Shown here: piece by piece, positions 1 through 11,621 of the stretch
Position numbering within the stretch: the stretch's first letter is position 1
Layout: each line of letters starts with the position of its first letter
NCBI GenBank assembly: GCA_002633005.1
Contig: NMRA01000018.1
Coordinates: forward strand, 941,531 to 1,005,530
Direction of reading: 5' to 3'
DNA length: 64,000 nucleotides
Source: Phoronis australis
Lineage: Eukaryota; Animalia; Phoronida
Made by a program: the position numbers and the translations under genes
The notes under the pieces: generated by a model
What the model saw: only the letters and a program-made list of their open reading frames with translations
The model's database searches: none
What the model was told of the DNA's origin: nothing

Positions 1-353
1 GCTAACAACGGTCATATAACACCAATGTAGACCCAGAGAAAATTCTTGGGAGAGACTCCCTACGTTTTACCCACTACTCGGCAGCACCTTAGCAGAGCCG
101 ACTTGGCCTTGGTTATCTTGTCCATCACGTGAGGTGTCCAAGAAAGACGATGGTGGAGAGTAACACCTAGGTATGTGACTTTTTCTTGGATTGGGGGTTC
201 AGTACCACAGAGCTTTAATGGTTTTACATTCCACTTCCGCTTCCAGGTGAACATCACCACTTTTGTTTTACTCCTATTGATCTCCAAGCCAACTGTCTCA
301 GTCCATCGAATAGCAATATTAAGTGTCTTTTGGACATTACTGCGGCATGTCAA
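1..353 (-). mobile_element. Non-LTR retrotransposon RT C-terminal fragment (R1/LOA/I group), decayed
   Basis: Translation W..VGLEINRSKTKVVMFT...VTYLGVTLHHRLSWTPHV...KAKSALLRCCRVVGKT* matches the RT domain 6-7/thumb pattern of R1/LOA-type LINEs. A stop sits where these elements usually have WG. The upstream RT is missing. Confidence 0.75.
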
Positions 354-591
354 GTATCAGCACTTGGCACACAGAAGACAATGTCATCACCATAGGCTTG
401 TACAACTAGACCTTTCCCAATGTTCGCCAACAGCGCCTTAACAGGCAGTCCATGACCATATTGAAGAGAGCAAGTGAAACGGTGCTACCTCGTTAGATAC
501 TACCTGACATCCACAGTCCGGTAACATTCCTTTTACCTCCGCCCATTTGATTGATTTATCAGGACCGTGGAGGACATACCTATACATTATT

Positions 592-644
592 GGGAAGGTG
601 TTTCGGGGGCAAACTCTGGGAAGGTGTTTCGGGGGGCAAACTCC
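592..644. repeat. Two-copy tandem duplication of ~26 bp (gggaaggtgtttcgggggcaaactc)
   Basis: Direct repeat read in the sequence between the LINE fragment and the Penelope fragment. Confidence 0.8.
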
Positions 645-719
645 GCGAAGGCAGTAACCCAGGAACGTGGCTACCCGTACTCCAATAAGTTTTCGCGAAA
701 TACGTGTATTTCTACTTTT

Positions 720-1730
720 TAGACCTCACGAACACGGTACCCGGTTTGTGGACGATACGTTTGTTGTGTTTTCGTCCAAAAGCTCAGTCAACACCTTTTC
801 ACAAGAACAATATGCATCCGTCCATCAACTTCACCATTGAATCTGAGCGCGAGTCGTGTTTACCTTTTCTAGATTTCTTTGTTAAACGATGTTACATCTG
901 TGTATCTTAAATTTGATAGTTCTGTGTCTATCCAGAGCAAGAGAGGTCTAGTCAATTGCTTGTTATACCGTGCCTGGAGAATCTGCTCCACCAATTTAAA
1001 TTTTGATAGTGACGTCGCTATGATTTTCCAGTTATTGCGTGCCAATAGTTACCCTCTGAATTTTTTGAATAGCTGTAAAAGGCACTTTCTTTCAAAAATG
1101 AATGAGGCAGATAAGGTGCTGTTATTGGACAAGAGAAAAAGAAAGTTTTCTTTTCTCTTGGTTACACCGGGCCAAGTAGTTTAAAATTGAAACGTCATAT
1201 TATCTCGACTTATTCATTGCATAGACCCAGCAGTTGAACTGGTATTTGTTTTCAAACTGCTTCGGAAACTTTCCAATATGCTGTGTAAACTGAAGTTGAA
1301 CAAGAGCAATGTTGTGTATAAGGTTGAATGTGACAACTGTAAGGATTTCTATATAGGACTCACACAGAGACGCCTCTGTGACAGGTTGAAAGAACATCAC
1401 ACCTCAGAGAAAAGTAACATATATAAGTATTGTATTGGCTACAATCACCAAGCCAACTCTGTTAGTATTATCTGAAGAGAACCTAATAAGGAGTTACTGT
1501 ACATTAAAGAGTCATTGACCATTCAGAACCAGCATGCCATTGATTCTCTGAATAACATGCAAAGCTCAGTGACCCTGCAACTATGGTGATGACCAGCTAC
1601 TCACTATATTCTATGTATCTCTCACTTCACTCTGTGGATGTTATCTGAGCTGTATGTTGGCACTTGTTGTCCTAAATTGTTGTAAATATGATCCTGATGA
1701 TGTCTAATGAAAAGACAAAACGTTGAATTG
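720..1730 (+). mobile_element. Penelope-like element (RT C-terminus + GIY-YIG endonuclease), frameshifted
   Basis: Fragments in shifting frames: YRFVDDTFVVF; NNMHPSINFTIESERESCLPFLD; KRGLVNCLLYRAWRICS...LRANSYP; SNVVYKVECDNCKDFYIGLTQRRLCDRLKEH (GIY-YIG). A hammerhead-like core follows at 1694-1725. Confidence 0.9.
1694..1725 (+). ncRNA. Degenerate Penelope-associated minimal hammerhead ribozyme
   Basis: CTGATGA-t-GTCT-aatgaaa-AGAC-AAAAC-gttg: the CUGAUGA box and 4-bp stem II are intact and GAAAC is mutated to AAAAC. It lies just 3' of the PLE ORF, where PLE hammerheads are expected. Confidence 0.6.
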
Positions 1731-1754
1731 AACATGAACTTTTTTATTTGTGCG

Positions 1755-3800
1755 GCGATCGTCTGGTTTTTCATAAATAAAGTTTTGGATATTTTTAATT
1801 TCAAGGCCTCAATTAAGCGTTGGATTAAAGCCTTTTTATAATTGTCCGGTGTCATACATTGTTCAAAACGGTTTTCTGTCCAGAAGTGTTACTCTGCACA
1901 GGGGCTGTAGACAAGGTGATCCTCTTTATCCATATGTTTTCATTTTATGTGCTGAAATATTAGCTATGATGACGAAACAAGGTAGGGAAATTAAATGCAT
2001 TCAAATAGGAAATGATCAATTTATACTTACTCAGTATGCTGATGATACAACGTTTTTCTTAGACGGTTCACGGCGTAGTTTGGAAACTACTCTGGAAGTT
2101 TTGAGTAAATATGCAGAAATGTCTGGTTTGAGAGTAAATCATTCTAAAACAAATGTTATTTGGTTGGGCAGTAAAAAAAATTGTAAAGGCGTTTTCCATC
2201 ATGCAAGATGGAAGTTGAAATGGGGCATAACGGAATTCAAGATGCTAGGTATCAAGTTCAGAGTTAACCTAGAAAAAATGATTGACATCAACTACAATGG
2301 CAGGATTGATGAAATCAATAATCTTATCAAAATTTGGTCTAGAAGGAAAGCTCCTTTTTTGGGAAACGGTGGTAAAGACCTTGATGGTGCCAAAAATTAT
2401 TCAGATAATGACAACCCTGCCTACTCCATCAGACATTATTATAAATGTATTGAACAAAATTGGAATTAAAAAGTTGAGAGAGTCAAGAGAGGTGTATTAA
2501 TTAAAACTTACGAGGAAAGGGGAGTTAAAATGTTGAATATAATTCTTTTTAACAAGGCTATAAAAATTTCATGGATAAAAAGACTACTTACCTCTGAATC
2601 AAAATGGGTGGAATTGTTTGAACTTGAAACTGGGATTGCAAAGTCAAATATAAATTTTGGAAATGATTTTAGTAAACATCATACTGAAGTAATCAATCCT
2701 TTTTGGAACGAAGTTCTAAGTAACTGGTCTTTTTTCATAAGTAAACAGTCCCATAAAGATGCGAAGGATTTACTCTCAACAAGTTTATGGCACAATGATG
2801 AAATACTAATAGACAGACAATCTATCTTTTTGGTGAGTATGCTAGTAGTGGTGTTCCTTTTTTTAATGACCTACTTGATAAAAATATCAGGTTTTACTCA
2901 TTTACTGAATTTAAAAAGATCTGGAATATATCTACACACGTTTTGGAATATTCTTCTCTGATTGAGTTTATTAGGTCGTTTCTGAGGAGAACACCATTAC
3001 AAATGCAGTTAATTAAGATATATGGACCTATAATACCTTTTAATATCCGTAATTTTTTAAACTGCACGTCAATATGTGAAATGGTATGTGAAATTGTTTG
3101 CCAGAACAAAATTTTGCCTATTGCCCAAAAAAGATTTCAAGAAGAAGGTTGTAACTGGAAAAAATTATATTCATTGTCTTTTAAAACTACTTATGATTTA
3201 AAGTTATGTACACTGCAGTTTAAACTATTACATAGAATAGTTGTAACGAACTCTTTTCTTAAAAAAATTAACTTGGTGGACTCTGGTGTATGTACTTCCT
3301 GCCAGTCACAATGTGAAACAATGGATCACATCCTTTTCGAATGCAACAATATAAAAATATTGATAGGAGCATTACGCAGTTGGGTGTTGTTGGTAAAAGG
3401 TATAAATATGGTTATTGACAAAAAACAATGACTTTTGTCATGCCCATAAGTAATGAAAATAAAGTTTTAAATTGGATACTTTTGCAATTAAAATGTTTTA
3501 TTACGTATCTAGGTGTAAAAAGGTAATCCCCAGTTTTTGCCATTTCCTTAAGATATTAGGAAGAAAATATTCAAAGAAGAATTTTATTAAATAATGGTAA
3601 TTTAGATGAATACCATGCAACCTGGAGAAACTGGTTAACCATAACTTTTTCTTGACAACATCCCACTAAAAGTGGGTGGGTGTGTTGAGGGGGGGCGGGT
3701 GTATGTGTGCGTGTGTGTATGTTAAGAGTGAGAATGGCTTGATATTTTGTCTTACATGTCTTTGTATTTATGTTCTGTATACCAAGAAAAAAATAAAAAG
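1755..3800 (+). mobile_element. 5'-truncated L1/Tx1-clade LINE (ORF2 RT to zinc finger, 3' UTR, A-rich tail), frameshifted
   Basis: GCRQGDPLYPYVFIL, QYADDTTFFL, SGLRVNHSKT, FNKAIKISWIKRL, LQFKLLHRIVVTN, CTSCQSQCETMDHILFEC (zf-RVT CCHC). ORF2 ends near 3656 and an A-rich run lies at 3787-3799. Confidence 0.92.
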
Positions 3801-6445
3801 CCACTACCGCATCTGAAGAAATACGGGAAGACAAAACAACCCCTCCAATTGAGTCGGAAATTTCGGTTATTATTGCCTCTCTTTCCGAGAGTGAAAATCA
3901 TGATGACGGCTAAGGAGAAGATTCACTGTTTATGGTCCAATTTATGGAAAGATAACTTTGTTTAGGGTCCTGTTTTCAAGAGATACACTTGAAAAAAATA
4001 TGGATCCGGGATACCTACACTGTTTAGAAGGTTGTTTCAAGGCTCCTGTTTGAAGATGAGTACCTGAGTTTCAACTGGCTGCCCCCAGGAATCCATTAAT
4101 ATGAAAGGCATGCTGCCTAAGTACTCAAATATGAACGACTATATCAATTAAAATATGGAAAAATTTTACAGTGATTTCATCATAGGGACACTCTTCTTTT
4201 GTCATCTTGTCACCTTCTTTAACGTACAGGTTGTGAGATTACACAAAATCAGGAAGAGAGAGGTAGTTGATTCCATCAGTGTGGCCCTCTCCATGAGTTA
4301 AGAAAGGGGGACATACACAGGAAAATCAGGAAATAGGAAGAAACTGATGCCATTAGGGGGCCCCGGCCTCCAAGAGCTCAGTATCAAATGATATAAAATT
4401 TCGAAATACGGAAAAAAGAGGGCGACAAATGACTCCACTTGGCTGTCACATGACAAAGAGGGTTCCTGAACTTTTGTGTTCCCAAAATAATGTTTTCTCT
4501 ATGTCAAAAACCTGAGTCAGTTTTCGCTGGAAAATCGGCGTGCCTAGCAAGATTTCTCTAACTTCTTCGAAGTATGTAAAAACAACAAGAGTACGACTTT
4601 AAGTGCGTCTGGATGATCCTTACTGCACATGTTTTTAAAAACTGGGATTCCCTTATAAAAATGTCCTGGCCAGGGTCCCCAAAGGTTCCAGATACAATGT
4701 TCTTTAAATTGGTCTCTATTCTAGATGCTTCACCGAGACTTTCTTGTCTCATTTGCTCTCATTTACCACGCCCCGCACCCTACGCCTATGCATGCCGATC
4801 ATAATTACTACGGGCAGGGTTAGCACTTCCGGTCCCCGTCCACTTCATACCTCTGTGTAGGGTGCTACCCGGCCCCCCCCCCCAACCTCATGAAAGGGGG
4901 GGGCGCTCTCCCCTGCCCCCCCACCCGCTTCTTGTGCCCATGGGAAGTGGGACGCAACTGACACGCCGTGTTGCGCGTCACAAAGGACAGTGACTGTGAC
5001 CAGCAAATGTCCCACTGGGATATAATGGTAGTTTGTATAAGGACTGATCGAGAAACGGAACCTTTCGTGTGAGAGTGAGAACAGTTGATTCCACTAAAGG
5101 GTCTCAGTATTGTCATTCAAGGAGCTTCGAGTCACAGTTTAAGATGGCAGATATAAAATTCATAAGTTTATTTACTGTAATTTAGTTAACGTTATCCATA
5201 TAGGTGGCGCTGGCGGTGTTACACTACGTTTTGGTTAATGTACTAAATTAGCAACAGATCTCGCTTTTTTATTGAGTTGTTACACAGAACTGGATTCAAT
5301 TATTCCTCTTTCATCCACACACAATTACAAAGCATAGGTACCTTTTACACGAAGCTCACACACTCTATTCTGACGTCGGAATCTCCCGATTAATTCCTTG
5401 TACCGCCCACATTCATCGAACTGTCTGATTCGAGCGACAGCGTGTCTGTGTCAGCCAGTGACGCACAATCAGCAGAGTCAATCATTGGCAAATGATGGAA
5501 ATAAGTCTCATTCATTTTCGGCGTGTCGGGGGGTTACAGGTTGGTTAAAGTATCGTGTAAGTCTACAATAAATTTCAGAAACCTGAAAACTTAAAGAGAC
5601 TATATCCCTTCTTCTGTCACTAATTCATCTCTTGATTTAAACCATTTACCGTTATTTAGTAGGTCACTCTTATTTTTTAATTTCACAAGACTTGAAAACA
5701 ACGGACTATTTGCAAGTAGGGGGAGCTATCAAATCTCGGCACTCTGTTTTTCAGTTTTCCTGAACCTTTTAGAACATCTTAGTAACAGAAAATCATATTT
5801 ATTCAAGTTTTCAATTCCATGACCTCGATTGACATGTTATCAAATGTCCTCTAATTTTAATTAATGAACGCCAACCATGCGGGTCTGCGTTGCCGCACTT
5901 GCAAATTTAAAATTGGCACTGCCACTTGAGCTATATCAGATGAATCAGTGATTTTACACTGTGAGTAGAAATGAACTGAGGTTACTCGCCACAAAATTAC
6001 ATTGGGTGTCAGACAATGAATCAGTTGAAATATTACATATCCAAAAGGGAGACGCTTATAGGTCATTGGATACACACAACAAATTTGCTCAAATTTGTTA
6101 ATTTGTTTCACTTTATATCAATTTGGTCGCAGGTGCAAATCACAATGTGTGTCGTAACGACAATGTTCAAATGTTTCTCGCGTAAACGCGTTGACTAAAT
6201 AATACATATTTTGATTGCGCCTCAGTGCCTCATAGTGTTTGTGTAATAAGCTGGGGAACAAAGCCGCGGCGGAGTGTTGTGATGAAATATTATGCGATGT
6301 ATACAACCGGTAAGAATAGCTGACCCTGAGAAATCGTGACACGTCCGTAAGCACATTCATGCGTGTTCGAACTGGAATAGAGAGGCGGTTGTATGAAATC
6401 TTAATGCGGGCGATATCAAATGTCTGCTTATGAGATATTCACGAG

Positions 6446-6643
6446 GTAAGCCTATATCCTACTTTCGTTGCTCTCAATGTCGTATTGAAACACTAAAACT
6501 GCAGTAGGTGGCGTCGTTTTCTGTCGTCATGTGTAAAGCCTTTACGGGACATTCTCATGGGAGATGAGGGCTGTAATGATGTCTTCTAATAGCGACGAGT
6601 TGGTTGTTAAGTGCAACCTATGGAAAAAAAGTTTTATTCGCAG
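6446..6643 (+). other. Possible 5'-UTR intron of the GPCR gene
   Basis: Strong donor GAG|GTAAG at 6446 and acceptor ttttattcgcag at 6643, 200 bp upstream of the ATG. There is no transcript evidence. Confidence 0.4.
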
Positions 6644-6842
6644 TCTTTATGGATCGTTTGACGATGTTATTCCGGCAGTGGCGTAGGCTTTCGTGGTCGC
6701 AGCATTTTTTCTTATCGCTTGGGAATACCGAGGACTATAATATTTCCAGTTAATACCAGGAAATTCAGAGTGAGAAGAATTAGGCACATCGAACTGTGGT
6801 TGAAGACTAAGACAGGTTGTTGTAAATTCTCGCCGGGAAAGC

Positions 6843-7793
6843 ATGCGTGAGCCTAATGCGACGAACGTCAATGCTTTGTGCTCGACCTGTGTTGCCAACA
6901 ACGTTTTATTGTGTTCAGGATTATTGGGAGTAGGCGCCAATTTGATTACAGGATTAGCTCTACTTACTGTGAAGAACATGCGAGTCACAATTTATCTACT
7001 AATGAGTCTGACTCTTGCAGATTTACTATACGCAAGTTGTCAATTCGTTGCATCAGTTTTAAAAAACTTGCACTGTGGCTGTTTCTCAAGGGCAGTGTCT
7101 ACTCCAAGCCAAAACATCTCTCTTTTAGTGGAGGTTTCGTTTGGTTTCAGGTTGTTATCCGCGCCATTTTTGTACGGTGTAATGTTCACTATGCTTTTAA
7201 TGACATTAGAAAGGCTTGTTGCGGCAGTTAACCCATTTCAGTTTTACAAAATTATGGCCAAGAAGAGAGTTGCCACAGCCATCATCGTCGTGTGGGTTAT
7301 CGTCATTTTAATGCTCCTTTCGCATCTAGTGACACCGGAAGTATTCCGTCCACACCCTCTGTCAATCAACATTCATCAGACCGTACAGTGCTTCGTGCTA
7401 ATTGGAGTCGCCATGGTCATCCTTATCTGTTACAAAATCATACACACACGGATAGAGAACAGAATGCCTAAAACTTTTATCACAACGACGTTGATACTGG
7501 CGACATTTTTCGTGCTGTGGGTTCCTTGTGCCATGTTGTATATCTTGTTATACCTGGAGGTCGTAACCCTCGAGAAAGGAGCCGGGACGTTTGTGATATT
7601 GTATTGTTCAGTGTCATTCAACGCTGTAGTGGATCCAATAATATACGGAACAAGGAATCCTATGGTAAAAACACGACTAAAGAAGATGTTTTGTTGCTCA
7701 AAACCGGTTTCGACTGAAAGAGAGTCACGCAGGTGTGAATCGGAACCAACGTTATACTTCGTGCCAAATTGCAATGAAATGACGTCATTATGA
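6843..7793 (+). CDS. Rhodopsin-family (class A) GPCR, single coding exon, 316 aa
   Basis: Seven hydrophobic segments with class A motifs: TM1 GAN, TM2 LTLADL, TM3 LERL (DRY equivalent), TM4 W, TM6 FFVLWVP, TM7 NAVVDPIIY, helix 8 with CC. N-terminal NAT glycosylation site. Confidence 0.93.
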   Translation: MREPNATNVNALCSTCVANNVLLCSGLLGVGANLITGLALLTVKNMRVTIYLLMSLTLADLLYASCQFVASVLKNLHCGCFSRAVSTPSQNISLLVEVSFGFRLLSAPFLYGVMFTMLLMTLERLVAAVNPFQFYKIMAKKRVATAIIVVWVIVILMLLSHLVTPEVFRPHPLSINIHQTVQCFVLIGVAMVILICYKIIHTRIENRMPKTFITTTLILATFFVLWVPCAMLYILLYLEVVTLEKGAGTFVILYCSVSFNAVVDPIIYGTRNPMVKTRLKKMFCCSKPVSTERESRRCESEPTLYFVPNCNEMTSL

Positions 7794-9718
7794 TAGGTGA
7801 TGTCACATGTAGGGGAAACTGCTAGTGGATTATGATTGGTGTTTTGTAACTAAAAGCATGGCATTTCTTGTAACATGTGTTTTATTTAAATAATTTAAAA
7901 AGTAAAAACTTAAACTGTATCCGAGTTGCAATTTATCTAATTAGACCGCCAAAACTGAGTGTATAATGTTGACAATTATAATCTATGAACACGGCCGTTT
8001 CAGGCTGGCAATCCAGAAAAGAAAAATGGTAAGGGTTTTTTATGGATAACACTAAATCGAAGCTGCAAACAACAGCTGGCGGTGAAGATTTTTCATGAAT
8101 TCGGCGTTTCGGACCTTGCTAGTATTTGCTGCCTCAAACAGTGCTGCGCATCGACGGAAAGCACGCGTTAAAAGGCAATGAAGAGATAGACAGAAGACAC
8201 AGTCGAACAGAGAACTTCAACATTTCTAGTCATGACAGACACAATTTTCAGTTTAGGTTTTCTAGTCAAACCTCAGGTGCATTTACAAATTACAATCTCC
8301 TGCTGAAGTTCATTAAATTTTCATCACTGGCCACTGGGTATTGTCCGAGATATAAAGTAAATCAGTGCGTCCACTTGATCAAGATTTTGAATATGCGACG
8401 GCACCCTCTAAGGGAACGATCACATATTACATCATCACTCGAAGCGGAGGGGGTTTGGAAAAGATGGCGACTGATGATAGGGGGAAGGGGTAGACTCATG
8501 TTGTCGTCATAGCGTGGTTTATGTGAATATCTCCATCAAAATATATATCGTTGGGAAACTGGTTCACCTTCTAACTGAATTAACCAATTCCAAAAATCGG
8601 GCCCGGCCGTTGTACGCTTCTGATGATATTTCGCTAGGCTTACCTTATAAACATGTACACAGACAGACAACAGTGACAATCACCATAGTGACGAAACGCA
8701 TTACGACATAATCAGGACGTCCACCGACAAGCATGGTCATGATGAGATTTACATTGTGAGCTTGTTATGCATATATGCAGTGTTGCGACCGAATTTTTTT
8801 TTAATTGTTATAATAAATATGTCGGGGTTTTTTTAATTTGCTTCCATACTATATCCCCTATGCGTTGAATAGGATAAGAGTGCAATACAGCCACGTGGTT
8901 TTGTTTTCCGTATTGCATTCCCGGGACTACTTTAACTTTTCCGTATTAGTTTAAAGTAATTATAAAGTTACAGCAATATAAATAACACTCAACGTGAAAT
9001 CAAGTCCCAAACATAACATCTGGTACAAAACTGTTAATTGACCTATCGCAAGCTCCACCCCTATACGAAAAGTCACGTGATACCCGACATTCGAACGAGA
9101 TGTCAGAGGCAAATACACTGTCGCTAAACGACGTTCCTGGTGGAATCGATGAGTGTTTTTGTACTATTTGAAAACGCGTCGACAGAGACAAGAGGCGATG
9201 CTTTTCAACAGTGAATCGTACGTTCATAATATGGGAATTTGTAAAGGTGACGATGAAAAAATAAGTGCTCGAGGAGCCAGCGAAAATCCTAGGCCGGGGC
9301 CACCTTCATCTGACAAACGACAAGGCCACTGATACGATATATTCATGCAAAGCTGGGTATGTACCTTAAAGTCGAATTATCTGTACGATTCCATAGATTT
9401 CATGATCTTTCGAATAAAATCAGTGAAGATTCACCGATATTTTTATTCTGTCGTCTGCTAAATTTCGCCAAATGAAAAGTAGGTCACAACTGGTGGGACT
9501 CCTGGAGTAAAGTAGGTCATAGATTACAGACAACACATGAACTATAGTGTCTGACTTGGTCGACTCGACATCATTGTTTACGCTTTTCTAATCTTGTAAC
9601 GAAATATTCTGATAAAAAATCAAGTTCATAGCTCAGGTACACACTCATCTCGTCCTGGCCAAACAGTTAGCTCCGGTAGGTCTAGGGCTGTGTCTAAGTA
9701 AAATTAATGTTTGGAATT

Positions 9719-10051
9719 CAGTGGCGGATCTAGGATACCACAAGAGGGGGCCAACGTATGTTGCCTCGTGGAATTGAGAAAAGTGCAATTGTATGTGCAC
9801 AGGCGGCCCGAAAGTTGCAGGGGCTAGGGATGTTGACCGTTGGACCTTCTGTTCAGAAAATCTATCGGTGGACTAAAAAAAACAGGAACACGATTCCGCC
9901 GCGATCTGGGGTCCGAGCCCCCCCTCTTCCGCTACCGGTCCTTGTTACTGAACTCAATATTTCCTCACGCTCTTGCTGTTTCATTTTGCTTGCGGCATCC
10001 AAGGGGGGGGGCTAGGGCCCCTGCCCCCCCCCCCCCCTAAATCCGCCTGTG
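9719..10051 (+). mobile_element. Non-autonomous DNA transposon (MITE) with CAGTGGCGGAT-type TIRs and a 5-bp TSD
   Basis: Left end cagtggcggatctagg, right end cctaaatccgcctgtg, and GAATT duplicated at 9714-9718 and 10052-10056. The same termini occur at 39351-40481. Confidence 0.85.
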
Positions 10052-10721
10052 GAATTGTCCGTTTGCACCATTAAGACATTTAAATTAAGCCTACCTTCTT
10101 ATGAACTTGGCATTTTTTGTAGTTTCATTCCATAAAGGTAGCTTTCATTTAATTTAGAAGGTAGCATGATCACTAAGTCGTGGTATGGTTACAAAAGATT
10201 ACAAGTCTGGTGTAGTAGGGTATTTACAAAAATAACTCAAATTCTTTTTTAAACCTTCATAAATCTAAATATCATGTTTGAACAACTTCAAAATGAGCCC
10301 TCTCTAACTCCGAGTCTACAGACATAGTGTATACTAGAGGTGCACGTCAAGCAATTTAACAGTTTATTTTTAATGACAACAGCTCGACCAAGGCTTTGAA
10401 TTCCGGCAGTAATCCAATGCCCTTCCCTGTGCCGATCGAATCTCTGAATTTTGACCGGGAGAGAAGCTCAGTTGAACGCCAGCCTACGGTTTATGAATAA
10501 CAAAAATGTACCTCTGATACGAAACAAAATAATGTCCATTAGGTTGAAATAAATTTAAAAAACATAAAATAAAATGTCCTTGAAAACAACAATTTCCGGG
10601 GACTACCGCTAGAGTGCTGAGATCCAGCAGGTGCCGAGACAAAGGCGGCCAGACGTAGGAAACTCGGGAGTCAAGATCTTAGATGGCCCTGCACCATAGC
10701 CACCAAGCTGAAAAGTGCGTA

Positions 10722-10938
10722 TCTTGGAACTAATATATTTGTGTTTATTATAGCCTTCGAGTTATCAAGCAACATCGCTATGTTCAGCTGCTCGTGTGGC
10801 CGTACAGTTTGATCCATAGTTTACGCTTTTCAACATCATTTTTCGGCTTAGGACATACCAAAAAATGACGGGATATTATTCTGGAGCAGCATAACGGCTG
10901 TCGGTGCTACACACGCCATATCAACACTGTTTCTCCAT
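10722..10938 (-). pseudogene. THAP-domain N-terminus of a DNA transposase, decayed
   Basis: Minus strand with stops and frameshifts: MEKQC*YGVCSTDSRY...CPKPKNDVEKRKLWIKLYG..HEQLNI...NKHKYISSK. This resembles the C-x4-C...PKP...W...C..K THAP N-terminus seen in invertebrate Harbinger/ISL2EU-type transposons. Confidence 0.6.
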
Positions 10939-11403
10939 TCTTAGCGGACAATTTCTTGAGCTATAGACCAAAGTAAGTTTAATTCGACTACGTGTGGTTT
11001 GTCGGGTAAAGTGGCGGCTTGGAAACGCAGACGAAGGTGTGCCACGAATGCTGCGTTCTGATTGGTCAATTATGCCGTCCGTCATAATCCTGGCGATAGG
11101 TCAATTATAAAATACTTCTGTCACAGTTTCATATGCTAAATATTATATCGATTCCTCGGTAAGTACAATATTAAATATTGTCGCTATTATTTTCAGAAAA
11201 TGTTCAATGCACAGTAACCGTTGTTTTCATCTTTGTTATCTCTTCTGAAGTAATTGTTCTTTTTATTAGAGAAAACGTGTGATATAACGCGCACGTAGAT
11301 ACATATAGGCTGTGATCCGCTACACGAACAGTCTGGATAAAGTTTTTTTTAAAAATCTGCCGAAAAATGAAAGAAACTTAAGAATTCGAAGCGTATGAGA
11401 TAA

Positions 11404-11520
11404 ATACAAAACGTACCTCGGTTGGCGTAGATGAAATAATAATATACCATTCGACATTATTCCGCGTATAGACCTGGTGGGATATTATTTCAACTACGCC
11501 ACTCTCTGTACGTTTTGTGT
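11404..11520. repeat. ~117-bp imperfect palindrome (hairpin-type MITE)
   Basis: Arms atacaaaacgtac...tggcgtagatgaaataat / attatttcaactacgcca...gtacgttttgtgt are reverse complements. Confidence 0.7.
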
Positions 11521-11621
11521 ATATACCTCAAGCTTCATTGTTAAATTTTACTCTCCAGATTGCCGATTCAGTGGAGACTGGCCACGGAGTAACAGAAGTC
11601 GATAGTGTTGTAGCGTAATAT

